A stretch of 47,533 nt of DNA from Octopus bimaculoides (taxonomy: Eukaryota): positions 70,864,922 through 70,912,454 of the forward strand of contig NC_068981.1 in assembly GCF_001194135.2 (NCBI RefSeq), given 5' to 3'. A program made the position numbers and the translations under genes. Shown in pieces: positions 1 through 11,870 of the stretch. The notes beneath the pieces are model-generated. The model saw nothing but the letters and a program-made list of their open reading frames with translations, had not been told where the DNA came from and did not search any database. Numbering within the stretch: position 1 is the first letter of the stretch; each line of letters opens with the position of its first letter.

Positions 1-139
1 TATATATACATATATATGTATAAATATACGTCTATATATATATGTATATATACGTATATATATATGCATATATATATATAGATATATATATATATACATA
101 CCTATATATATATGTATATATATATATACATATGTGTGT

Positions 140-171
<32 letters not shown>

Positions 172-195
172 ATACATACATATACATGTATATAT
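1..195. repeat. (TA)n/(TG)n compound microsatellite
   Basis: Direct reading of dinucleotide runs; source of the spurious YI/CV ORFs. Confidence 0.95.
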
Positions 196-455
196 ATATA
201 CTTACTCACAAGGTACTGGAATCATATGTATACCATTCTGCCGAAATAATGGATCTACAGATGCAATATCCCTGCATATCTCACGTCTCTTTTCATTCCT
301 CCACTTCACTTTCTATCTCATATCTTATTGCTTAACCATTTTCTCGCACAGTTTCCGATGAAGGGATATATACAATATCCCGGAAACAGCTGTAAGACTT
401 ATTTATAAATGTTCTAAAATCTTTCACAGCCTTGGATTTTTATCTCATTCTGAAA
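196..455 (+). mobile_element. Penelope-like element terminal repeat (pLTR) with hammerhead motif
   Basis: Similar to the 3' end of the PLE at 26200-26490 (shared TCTCGCA..GATRAAGGGATAT..ATATCCC.GAAAC.GCTGTAAGACT..). Followed by (TA)n and, ~400 bp later, a PLE ORF start. Confidence 0.75.
350..399 (+). ncRNA. Type I minimal hammerhead ribozyme motif (core variant CCGAUGA)
   Basis: Stem I AGTTT/AGACT; core CCGATGA (355-361); extra A; stem II GGGATAT/ATATCCC; extra G; GAAA (383-386); palindromic stem III ACAGCTGT; NUH triplet GTA (392-394). Confidence 0.7.
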
Positions 456-475
456 ACTTTTTATAAATACGCAGA

Positions 476-655
<180 letters not shown>

Positions 656-839
656 CCAACGCTAATCTGGCAGTACGTATAACACTACTGCTAGATAGCA
701 CCGAGTGAAATCTGAAGGTGGACTATCTTTATACTGTACTCTATTATGTTTTAACATAATGTAACCTAACTAATATTGGCAGAAAGAAAAATACGGTAAA
801 AATCGCTTTTTACATTAGAGTGCTTTCGCATGTCAAAGG

Positions 840-1227
840 GTGGAGAAAGTGTAACCTGGACTATTCACCAAACGACATCCCTATACCAACCAAGAAAGAA
901 TACTTAAAACAACGATCAACCAACTCAAGCTCTTTCATAGGAAGAATGTCATGGAAATAATTCTTTTACGACAAGAAGATCAATACGCAGGATCACCAGC
1001 ATCAACACACTTAGAATTACAACGCATTTTTGATACACTGAGTGGTTACTTCTACCTTGCAAGCTACGACAGACAGAAAGGATGCACTCGAAGTCTAGAA
1101 TTTGAGTTTACAGAACACAGAAACAACATTTATATATCAACTGAGGAAAGACAACAAGATCTCATAACGCAGGGAAACGGTCCCATAACCAAATACCTGC
1201 AAACCTGTAGGACTACGCTGCGTGGAA
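840..1227 (+). pseudogene. Decayed N-terminal part of a Penelope-like ORF, truncated by an assembly gap
   Basis: Manual translation NLDYSPNDIPIPTKKEYLKQ..SSFIGRMSWK*FF and QLRKDNKI..ANL resembles the recalled PLE N-terminus (YSxKNIPIPSKxxYLKxL..ESFIxRMRWKAFFF; QLRxDIxKI..ADKTxNLY). Multiple stops and frameshifts. The listed 223-aa ORF at 951 is a different frame. Confidence 0.7.
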
Positions 1228-1569
1228 NNNNNNNNNNNNNNNNNNNNNNNNNNNNNNNNNNNNNNNNNNNNNNNNNNNNNNNNNNNNNNNNNNNNNNNNN
1301 NNNNNNNNNNNNNNNNNNNNNNNNNNNNNNNNNNNNNNNNNNNNNNNNNNNNNNNNNNNNNNNNNNNNNNNNNNNNNNNNNNNNNNNNNNNNNNNNNNNN
1401 NNNNNNNNNNNNNNNNNNNNNNNNNNNNNNNNNNNNNNNNNNNNNNNNNNNNNNNNNNNNNNNNNNNNNNNNNNNNNNNNNNNNNNNNNNNNNNNNNNNN
1501 NNNNNNNNNNNNNNNNNNNNNNNNNNNNNNNTATATATATATATATATATATATATATTGTATATGTAT

Positions 1570-1765
1570 ATGTGTGTATGTTTGAGAACCGGTGTTGGTG
1601 TGTTTACATCCCCGTAACTTAGAGTTTCGGCAAATGTGACCGATAGATTAAATACTAGGTTTTTAAAAATAAATAAGTCCTACGGTCGATTTATCCGACA
1701 AAAAAACCTTTCAAGGTAGTGCTCCAAGCATTGCCGCAGTCAAATGTTTGAAACAAGTCAAAGAA
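1570..1765 (+). mobile_element. SINE family A, 3' half
   Basis: GGTGTGTTTACATCCCCGTAACTTAG..GACCGATAGA..GGTCGATTT..GTGCTCCAAGCATTGCCGCAGTCAAATG..TGAAACAAG matches other copies in the window. Confidence 0.85.
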
Positions 1766-2064
1766 TGAATAATTAAATACGAATTTATAAGTTGTCAATG
1801 TGATGTGATAACTCAGTGCATGGTTCCCTTTTTGTAGGCTCAAAACCTAACCATTATTGCGAAGTTATGTAGCCTTTAGAGGTAGTGGTCCTTTCGGCAA
1901 ACAACAAAACATATCCGGAATCGTATTGCTAAAAAGGAGACAATCACTCCACCATATTCCCTTGGTAGCTACTTTTAATGAATTCAAGTTTCAGAGGTAT
2001 CTTTTTTTTTCTTTTTTTTTATTTACCGGAATTATTCATTTGAATGACTGGTTTCATCATTTTT

Positions 2065-2480
2065 CTACTATTTACTTGTTTAAATCATTGAACTGCTGGT
2101 ATGCTGGGACACTGGCTTGAAGTGTTTAGTCGAACGTATCGACCCCAGTTCTCATTCTTCAGCACGGTACTTATTCTATCGGTCTCTTTTGGGCAAACCG
2201 TCAAGTTACAGGGACATAAAGAAACCACCACCGAATATCAGGCAGTGGTGGGAGACAAACACAAAGACATACACACCTAAATACATAATTATGTTTGTGT
2301 TTGTGTGTGTGCATGTGTGTGTATATGGCGATTTTATTTCAGTCTACCATATCCACTCACAAGGCTTTGGTCGGCTCGGGGTTTTAGAAAACACTTGTCC
2401 AAGGTGCCATGCAGTGGGACTGAACCCGAAACCACGTGAATGAGAAGCAAGCTTCTTATCATACAACCATGCCTGTGCCA
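2065..2480 (-). mobile_element. SINE family A, near full length (tRNA head, CORE-like block, CR1-type tail)
   Basis: Minus strand: A-box-like TGGTTGTATGA, B box GGGTTCAGTCCC, GGCACCTTGGACAAGTG block, internal (CA/TG)n, then the tail shared with other copies. Confidence 0.85.
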
Positions 2481-4229
2481 GACCGTTAATACTATTTTAT
2501 TAATTAAAACGTATATCAAGTATTTTCGCCAGTACTTTACTGTAACCTTTTTATACTTTAAATCTCCGTAAATATTTCCTCTATGCTATTTTAAAAAATT
2601 TATTACGCAACTGAACGTTCATTCATGAAATATTCTACATCCCTCTAATCATTTGGAGACCACGGAGTCATGGTTAGACTATTATTTGCTAATAAGTTCG
2701 CATAAGGCCTAAACCTACCTAGAATTGTCACTGTGAGACTATTATAAGAGGCACTCTTTACAGTATTCCATTTTGAATTAATTTGATTAAAATTTCTGCC
2801 TTGTTTCTTAAGCTTGTATTATCATAAATAATAATTCAGACAATGATCGTTCTCGTCACAAATATTGTAATTTTATTAAACAAAACTCCTCGGCTTATAT
2901 CAACTATGCAAGTACTTACGTCGCTGGTAGCTTTATAGATTGTGATAAACTTGTTGTTGACCGATGTAGCAAGTGGTGTTTGATGTATCTCAAATTAAGG
3001 CGGGGAGACTTTAGAACGAATCTAGGTGAAGGCCTATACTTCCATCTTAGCAATCTATATGTTTCGGCTTCTGAATAACTTTTATTTTCTCTGTATTCCC
3101 AGTAGTGTTATTTAATTACTTCACATGATTCTAATAAAATTTATTCTGTTTTCACTGTAAGTAAATTTCTTATTTGTTAGAATATTGATTATATATTTCT
3201 TTAGGCTTATTTGTTTATTTTATTCTAATATTTGTTTTAATGGTTTTATTTATTGAAACATCACATGATTAACTTCATTAACTAGTACAGATGGTTTATG
3301 GTTAATCTTCACTCCTCCAACCGATAGATGCTGTATATATTTTATACTACTTCTCAATAATTTTTCTTCTAATTTGAATATGCCTGTAGCACCAAAGTTC
3401 TCGCATGGAAATTTGTCTTTTAACAGTTAAAATTAAATTACATCGGTTTAATATTTTATCCTTGTATAAGCAAAATATTGGAGCTTTGTTGCCTCTGTAC
3501 ATCGTACACAGCATTTTTTCACAGCATAAGAGAGCATTAGTAGTTACCTTTATAAGTGATGAGGTTTTACTAGCAAATAGTCATGAGAACATAGAAGCAT
3601 GCATCTCGAATGAGTTAAATACTATGGGTTTTCATCTCAATTTGGTATGGTTTTCCAGCATTTATCCAGAGCAATTCTTTCTCTTACTCTTTCTCTAACT
3701 CACACGCTGGTCTACTGGAAAACAGTGTTGGTCTTAGAATGTTTGTTTTTGTAATGTGTTTCATTTTAATTTTGCTTTCAAATTAAATTCATGTCATCAT
3801 ATTAATAATTCAAGAAGCTATCTTTCACTACATTCAACATATGTGTTACTTAAGTAAAAATGTGCTGTACATATACTTTCAATTGTGCACTACAAGTTGA
3901 TCTAAAGACAGAAGTATGTGTTTAGTCACAGCATCGTGCTCGTTAACGGAACAAGTTTTATAAATTACATTCGGCAATCCGACGCTCTATAAACCTAAGT
4001 GTGAATCTAACGACTTTATGATTTAATCATACAGTAATAACTCGAAATTGAATAAGGTTGTTTGAGAAAGGAAATTCATTCAGTTACCAAAACGTATACT
4101 TATGAATTGTTTATGACTGACTTATTAAACATTCCAAGTCATTTATTTTGTAGTTACAAGCTAAACAAAGTTGGATGTTTTGGTCACCAGCAATCGTAAT
4201 GAGGGCACACGATCTATTGGCTACATATA

Positions 4230-5412
4230 CCAGGTCATTAAGAATGAAATTTCCGATTTTCATACGCACCAACTTTGACAGTCGTTGACGGTCGTTTTAT
4301 CCTGACATTTCTTTGTTCTACAACATCGAAGAGTTACATCATAACTTTTCGAAATGCAATTCATGGTGTCTATATTGTGAGTTTTCTCCTGTTAATCCTT
4401 TTTTGTGAACCCATGGATAGATAAAAAGTTGTGTTGTTTATGAATGAATTCCGTTGTGAAACCTAATCATCTCAGACAGCTCGAAATATCAATGAGGTAT
4501 TTGGTGAAAATCTGGTGAATGGGCGCACTGTACGTCGATGGTTCGAGAAGTTCTGATCTGGTGACTCTACATTTGAAAATCAACCCCATGGTAGACCTGA
4601 GATCAAGGTGGATAATGATGAGCTTGAAACTGTAATGGAAGCGGAAACATCTCAACTGTACTGGACCAGCTGAAACAAATCGGCAGGTAAAGAAGCTGAA
4701 CAAGTGGGTACCACACGAACTGAACGAGCATCAGATGACACGTCGTCTTTAAACTTGCTGTTCTTTATTGTCACGGCATAAAAGCGAATCATTTTTGCAT
4801 CGTAGTGTTACATGTGATAAAAAATGGATTCTTTTCAACAATAGCAAGTGTTTTGCACACTTGTTGGATAGAGACGAAGGGCCAAAACACAATCCAACAA
4901 CGAGTATTCGCCAAAAAAGCTAATGTTGTCTGTTTGGTGGTCCAGCGCTGGTGTCTTTCACTACAGCTTCATGAGACCTGGTCAGTCAATTACAGCGGAT
5001 GTATACATCAACCAAATGGATGAAACGATGAGTGAACTTACAATTAAATGACCGAGATTGATCAATAGAGACAGGCCAATTCTCTAGCAAGACTGTACTC
5101 AACCACTTGTACAAAGAACGCTACTCAAGTTAGAGGACCTGAACTTGGAAGTACTCTGTCGTCCGCCATATTCACCAGACCTTGCACCAACTGACAATCA
5201 CGTTTTCCAGGCATTAGACATTTTGCAAGGAAGAAGCTTCAAATCTGAAGAAGATGCAGCCTTTGTGACCTCTTGCTCTCCAGAATTCTTTGCTGCCGGC
5301 ATAAATAAGTTACCGATAAAATGGCAAAATTGTGTTGATAATTTAGGGGCATTCTTTGATTAACTGTATTGCTTTTTGTTCAAAATCGGACATCTCATTA
5401 TTAATGACCTGA
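4230..5412 (+). mobile_element. Mariner (DD34D-type) DNA transposon, decayed and internally deleted
   Basis: ~30-bp imperfect TIRs CAGGTCATTAA(G/T)AATGA(A/G)AT(T/G)TCCGATTTT at 4231-4260 and 5382-5411; TA on both sides (4228-4229, 5413-5414). Confidence 0.92.
4413..5363 (+). pseudogene. Mariner transposase pseudogene
   Basis: Translation shows TARNINEVFGE..TVRRWFEKF, KWVPHELNE, VTCDKKW, KKLMLSVWWS, PPYSPDLAPTDNHVF and GINKLPIKWQNCVD. WVPHEL and YSPDLAP are mariner hallmarks. Several stops and frameshifts. Confidence 0.93.
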
Positions 5413-5460
5413 TATATTGCAAGCGGGGAAGGGAAACCCTACCATCTTCTGGCTACGAGA

Positions 5461-5509
5461 CCACCAGACCGTATGGTTTCGACTACTTTGTGGCCATCAT
5501 CAGTGGTGG
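5461..5509 (-). ncRNA. Type I hammerhead ribozyme with intact catalytic core
   Basis: Minus strand: CCACCA-CTGATGA-T-GGCCAC-AAA-GTAGTC-GAAA-CC-ATAC-G-GTC-TGGTGG. Stem I 6 bp perfect; stem II 5 of 6 paired including one G-U; stem III 3 bp with tetraloop; GUC triplet. Confidence 0.82.
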
Positions 5510-5594
5510 ATACTCGTCCATTAGTGATAGCATTAGGTCACTCTAGATTGCAATATATACAAAATAAGTGGCATACGATCACTGATCTTGCAAC

Positions 5595-5887
5595 AAGCAA
5601 ATTAGCTAGTTAAGAAAATCTCTATACAAGATGAAAGTAGCTATTATACCGAGAAGTAGCGTTTATCGCGACTTAAATATCGTTGTATCGTAGAAACCGA
5701 CATTATCACTATATGTAGCAGGTGCAGGTTGCATCGATTGGCCAGCTGGAGGAGGCGTCCTCCTGGGGTTAAAACAGTAGTGATGCTGGTTCCTACGGGA
5801 CAGCCATGTTTAAGAGATGATAACAACTAATTCTTGGTATAGTTACAGCATTCATCTCTTATAGAGATTTTCTTAACTAATCTGCTT
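5595..5887. repeat. Decayed ~290-bp palindrome (foldback or MITE-like)
   Basis: AAGCA..TAGTTAAGAAAATCTCTATA..AGATGAA..TATACC.AGAA at 5595-5660 is the reverse complement of 5820-5887. Weaker pairing continues inward to ~5715/5785. Confidence 0.75.
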
Positions 5888-5907
5888 ATAAAGAATATAT
5901 ATATATA

Positions 5908-6042
5908 TCATCATCATCATCATCGTCGTCGTCGTCGTCGTCATCGTCGTCGTCGTCGTCGTTGTTTAACGTCTGCTTTCCATGCTGGTATGGGTTGGAC
6001 GGTTTGACTGAGCCAGAAGGCTGCACCAGACTCAATTTGATC
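5908..6042 (-). mobile_element. LINE/SINE 3' tail, RTE-like, ending in (GAC/GAT)n
   Basis: Minus strand ..AAACCGTCCAACCCATACCAGCATGGAAAGCAGACGTTAAAC then (GAC)n(GAT)n. Trinucleotide tail resembles recalled RTE-type 3' ends. Confidence 0.5.
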
Positions 6043-8812
6043 TATATATATATATATATAGTGTAATGATGTAGGTTGTGCACATATGATACTATTTATG
6101 TACATCATTCGCATCTGTTGTACAACTACTAATACTGAAAATAGATTAAATCTTACATTTTACAATTCTTCCTTCTATTGAGCAGTAACGCTTATATATA
6201 GATAACAAATCTATTTGTTGAACTAGTCTATATAAAAGTCAACCGACAAACTATTTACCTTTCATTCTAAACGTTCCTCAACTAACATTTGGAGCACGCT
6301 CTCGTGAACAAGAGGAAGAGGGGTTTTCACTTCAATTATTGTGTCAAAAGGCGTAAACATCATTCTACACGTTAATATATTTTATGAAATTACTAATGAG
6401 ACAGAAGCTAGTGAATATATACGCTTACCTTATATTGCATCATCATGATTTTATTTCTTTTTCTGTTTACATTTTTACTAAGATGGCTGGCTTTTATCTA
6501 AGTACATGAAAATCTCACCTTTTATGCAGCAAATTATAAAGCTAAAATGCTATACATTTTGACGTTTTGAATTGCTGNNNNNNNNNNACAAATTAGGACG
6601 ATTAACGTTTCCGAAATATACGAGACAGACAATATCGTTAAATCTCTAGAAAAGATGCTAGTAGAAGACTTCTTTGAAGTTATAGATGATTTTAAAATGA
6701 AATTACAGACTTTTGTAAATGCATATGTTGATATTTTAACCCACGGTTCAAAAGAAGATCAATCGTCACAAAAGATCACACATTGTATTTAATGATTTAG
6801 ATGCCGAGTCCTTTAATTTTAAATATTCTGTAACTCAAACTACAATGATAATCCAGGAGCAAATGCATTTCTTTAATAATAATCTTCTAATGCAGGTGCA
6901 ACTAAATTACATCATTTATAAAGATATAACCAATACATGTCTAATTATATAAAATTAAGAATGTAATGTAAATGCGGTATTCTCTCTTTGGAAGAGAAGC
7001 CAAATTCTATAATAAAATTAATAGCACAGAACTATATTCAATGGACTCTAATATAATACACCAGAGAAAAGCACATGCTTAGTGACCATATTTGGCAAGC
7101 GTTATATTTCGTATTCGTGTTTCTTTTTAATATGATGCTGTGTTGTCAACAGCTAAATAATTTTCACTTTATCAAAATACAATCATTCTGATGGCGGATT
7201 TGTGTTTTTGTTAACACTTTCTTAAAGTCGTAGAGTTATCCTAGTCAAATGCACAAGACTTAAAATGTAATGAAGGTGTATAAAGCAATAGATAATAATT
7301 ATGATAACCATTTATATAAAACTCACAAATAATACGTTCTTCACGAGGTAAAGAAACCATTTCTTACTATTACATTAAAAACATGTAAAGGATCTATATG
7401 TACATGCGAATATATGTGAGTTTATATGTTTATACGCGTGTGTATTTGTATTTGCGCGTGCTTGTGTAAGGGTATGTATGTTGTTTTCCATATATATTTT
7501 TCCATGTAGCCGTATTTTTTCTCTATCATTAAACCTTTCGTTATGAATATTACTCGGAGATAAGGATATGTATCATATATAATACTCATCAGTGTGATCA
7601 CTTAACATAATATTGCTTTCCTATTTTATCAAAACTTATAAAAGAACGCAAGCTGAGACATTATTATAGCGACAGTCGTCTTTTATTTTGAATATAAGCC
7701 AAATTTCGACAGGTAAAAGTAAACTAATGCATAACATTTTGCTGTCAGGTGAGGACAACAAAGCAATAAGTAATTTTCTGCTGAGACGAAACTGCTTCTC
7801 TTATACCGCTGCTTATTCGCTTCTCTTATACTGCTGCTGATGCCATTGAGAAACGCATAAACGTCGCTTGTTCCCCTTTTCCAACATATCTACGTCAATA
7901 GTTGATGTCTGATAATCAACTAAAGAAAATCAATATATATCTCATAAACATATATAATCTGTCGACTGAATTTTCACCATTAGATATATCCGCTAATTGA
8001 TAATTGGCTCTATTGATTTCTGGTAAGAGGAAAATTGGATTGTGACTTTCATCCCTTCATCAAGTGAAGTGATACAGGAGTAATATTCATGTATGGCAAC
8101 AGTCGTAGAAATTGGTTTGCTCGAAACATACATCCATTTCCAAGCGCCTAACAAGTATGTTATGCTCAAAATTTAACTTATTTAGCACACTGAGAATTCT
8201 CAACTTAATTAGCTCATTGGAAATTCTTCTAAGATTACACAATCCTCAAATAGAAATTGAATACAAGCACCAGCTAGTAGAATGTCTGAGAAAATTATAA
8301 TGGAGCTTTAACAGAGGACATGTTGGTTCTTGATGAAATAGAAATGCGTAATTTTCTTAGATATTATCTTCAAGAAAATCCAGTCAGAATTGTAACTACT
8401 GAAACATACATAAATAGAAAAAAATAATTCCAAACACAAGTATCTGAAAATAGTATGTTCAGAAGTTTAAGTTTAAAATATCTGAAAGAATTTCCATTTA
8501 AATGCAATAAGGACAGAAAACATGAGACAGACAAATATATAAACACCAACACAAATCAAGATATAAGATCTTAAAAGTAACCAAATAAATTATTACTATA
8601 CATTGCATAATGATCACCAAATAACAAAACTGCTATAAATGCAAGGAGATAAATTGCATGAATATGCTGGAAAAAAAATACACTATGCATGCACTTAAGG
8701 TAAACAGATTGATTTTCCGTCAAATAACGAATGTACGTAGTAAAATACGAAATTAAAGCTGATGATGAGGAACTGATACCGATGGGAATCATAGCAATAA
8801 TAATCCTTTCTA

Positions 8813-8910
8813 TTATAGGCACAAGACCTGAAATTTTGGAGAAGCGATTAATCGATTACAACGTTCCCTGTATTCAACTAAAGTCAGGCTCGGCGGAATT
8901 TTAACTCAGA
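8813..8910 (-). mobile_element. SINE family B, internally deleted fragment
   Basis: TATAGGCACAAGACCTGAAATTTT..CTCGGCGGAATTTTAACTCAGA matches both ends of family B. Confidence 0.65.
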
Positions 8911-8953
8911 GAAGAAGAAGAAGAAGAAGAAGAAGAAGAAGAAGAAGAAGAAG

Positions 8954-9010
<57 letters not shown>

Positions 9011-9012
9011 AG
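8910..9012. repeat. (GAA)n(GTA)n microsatellite
   Basis: Direct reading. Confidence 0.95.
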
Positions 9013-9156
9013 TCTTTTATTCGTCACAAGTACCCAAGACTTTCAAGATAATACAAAGGTACAATACAGATAAAGAAACAAGGACAGCGAGCGATTTACT
9101 GAAAGAAAAGGCAATGAAGTCACCAAATTAATAAAGCAGCATAAACAAATCGATAA

Positions 9157-10100
9157 CACTGGACAACAAAGATTTTTGCTACTGGTGTAAAAGCAGGTGT
9201 TTTAAACTAAATCGTGGATGCTCATTCCGAATCCGCACTCAGAATTGTTCTAGCACGTCAGGATTTTGAATTATGCATATGCGCAAGATTATAACTATGC
9301 TTTCGGCTAGATATAAGCTGTATTATAATATTTGCTAAGATGAAAGCGGTCTTAATTCGAAATTAAAGAAACGACAGCAATAAAACAAATGATAAGAAAG
9401 TTTATTATTTAGTTTAGCAACAGATGGCGCTGACATACTGTGTGCAATGCCAAATACGTCAGTTTGTTCTTAGTAACCCTCAGTGTTGTTTGCGCTGCCA
9501 TCAGGTGTGGTATGTGTATCTCTCGCTCTGCGTGATTACTGTTATAACTGTGTTCATTGTGTTAGATCATGAATAGGAGAGGCTGTGTGAATCACCCAGA
9601 CAACTTTTGTTATGTCTGGAAAATTTACTATGCGTGATCAGCGGAGGAACATTGCCGCCAAATTAAAAATTGCCTATAAATATTATTTCGGGTGCAAAGT
9701 TGGAGACCAAGACAAGAAGTGGGTACCTCATATATGCTGCACTGTGTGTTACTCAAGGCTTACACAGTGGCTGAATAGACACGGAAGTGAATGCCTTTTG
9801 CTGTACCAATCGTGAACCGACCAATCATGTCTCTGATTGTTACATTTGCATGACTAATATTAGTGGTTTCTCAAATAAGACCAAAGCAAAAATTGTAAGT
9901 CGACTCTAAAACCGGTCCCACATGACTTCGAGAACCCTGTCCCAGTTCCCCTCTCACATGCTTCACTTGAAAATCTTGAAACGTCGCACGATGAACCCCC
10001 TGACTGTCAGTGTGGTAGGTGGAAATACGCCCGACAACAATAGATGCCAGGAACTCTGCCTCTGCATTTGATCCAGGACTGCAGTTCTGTCAAAATGAGC
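9157..10100 (+). mobile_element. Chapaev (CMC superfamily, Chapaev3-like) DNA transposon, 5' part; right end not securely located
   Basis: Starts CACTGGACAACAAA preceded by TAA (recalled Chapaev3 terminus and TWA TSD), followed by a transposase N-terminus. Confidence 0.75.
9569..9960 (+). pseudogene. Chapaev-type transposase N-terminal zinc-binding region, frameshifted
   Basis: MNRRGCVNHPDNFCYV/GKFT..AYKYYFGCKVGDQDKKWVPHICCTVCYSRLTQWLN../MPFAVPI/EPTNHVSDCYICMTNISGFS../LKPVPH matches recalled Chapaev3 motifs (CxNxPDxFCY, YFGCKxGDQDKxWxPH, MPFAVPMxWREPxNHxxDCYFC). Confidence 0.82.
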
Positions 10101-10685
10101 GTTGAGAAAGTAAGTCTCACAGACGATTACCATAGCTGTTCACCTTTAAGAAAAGTCTGGAGAAGTCACAGCTTCAGCGCATGTTCATTCATCATTAGCC
10201 ACGGCATGTACAGCCCTCAACGCAGACGATGATAACAGCAAATGGACCGTCTGAGTAATGGAAGCCGTCTCATCTACAGCAAGTGTAAGAGCAAGCGTTG
10301 CATGCTTGTAAACCATGAAGCAGAACAAGGCACGAGATGACAGACAAAATGTAGGCTTTCGCCATTTTCAACCTAGACTTCAGGGAAGGTGAAGGCGAGA
10401 GACCTGACACGAGATGCACCTGTCTTTGTGAGTTTGCTGCCTGTAAAACCTTGCGCCATATTTGTAAAAAAACGTTTTACTAACAAATTTGAGTCCCAGA
10501 GGGACAAGAAACAAGGTCCTATCCTCTTTACGTGTTCCAGTTGGCTTAAAGAAAAGTTATACATCAAAATTTTTAAAAATAACATTCGAGCATGTAAACA
10601 GATGAACGAACATTACGGGTGACACGAAACCATGTATTGCTGACACCATAATAAAAATTACAAAATTTGTTTAAAATTTTTGTTG

Positions 10686-11870
10686 CAAGGCCAGCAATTT
10701 TTAGAGGAAGGGAGCTAATTGGACCCAGTATTTGACTGGAACTTATTTATCGACTCCTAAAGGATAAAAGACAAAATAAGCCAAAATCTGATTTGAATGT
10801 TGAGAGCCAGAAGAAATACCACTGACCATGTTGTCTGACGTGCTAACGAGTCTATTGGCTCGTCACCTTATATGATAATGTTTTTACTTTTGACATAATT
10901 TTGGGAGGAGCGGTCAAATAGATTACATTGACCCCAGTACCTCAGTGGTACTTTAATGTTTCAATCCCGAGAATGAAAGGCTATGTCGACCGCAGTTGAA
11001 AGTTTGAACTAACAAACTAATAACACGGAAGAAATACCACTTAAGATTCTGCCAGCTCACTGCCTAAATAGTTTTTACTATAAGCACACTGCCAGATATA
11101 TTTCAGTGGGAAGCTAGTTGATTACACAGACCCCAATGCTAACTGCTACTTATTTTGTCGACCCGAAAAGAATAAAAGGCAAAGTCTAACTCGGTGAAAT
11201 TTGAACTCTAAAGCCAGAAGAAATACCGGTAAGTATTTTCTTCAGCATATTAATGATTCTGCGCGCAAGGCCAACAACTTAGAGGATGGGGTAAGTCGAT
11301 TTTATCGCCCCCAAAATGATGAAAGGTGAAATCGGACTTGGCGGATTTTGAAGTCAGAACGTAAAGGCGGTCGAAATGCCGCTAAGAACTGATCCTGACG
11401 CGGCAAGGATTCTGCCAGTTAGCTGCCTTTTATTGCCTAAATAATGGTTTCAGATTTTGGTGCAAAGCTAGCAAATTCCAGGAAGGGGGCAGTCGATTAC
11501 ACCGACCCCGGTACTCAACTGGTACTTATTTTATCTATCCCGATGTAATAAATGGCAAAATAGACCGCGGCGGAACTTGATCTCGGAACGTAAAGATGTG
11601 CTAACGATTCTGCCAAGTCGTCGACTTTTCCACTGCTTTAATATTCTTTTTTATTATAGGCACAAGGCCTCAAATTCGGTGGGGCGGGGGCTAGTCGAGA
11701 ACATCTACACCAGTGTGTAACTTGTACTTATTTCACCGACCCCGAAATGATGAAAGGCACAGTCGACCTCGGTGGAATCAGAACTCAGAACGTGAAGACG
11801 GACGAAATACATCTAAGTATTTTGCCCGGCATGCTAACGGTTCAACCAGCTCGCCACCTTTCACTGCCTT
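10686..11870 (-). mobile_element. Cluster of six head-to-tail SINE family B copies
   Basis: Units at ~10686-10870, 10900-11065, 11080-11260, 11265-11430, 11440-11640 and 11650-11870. Each carries GACCCC..ACTGGTACTTA..ATCGACCCCGAAAGGATGAAAGGC..TTTGAAC..ATTCTGCC-like blocks. Confidence 0.85.

Noticed and set aside
951-1227. 223-aa ORF as a real protein
   Set aside because: PLE homology is in another, stop-interrupted frame, and most of the ORF is gap.
6250-6432. Minus-strand splice-donor-like sites (AG|GTAAG, AG|GTAAA) suggesting a host exon
   Set aside because: Candidate exons contain stops or give no recognisable peptide; such motifs are common by chance.
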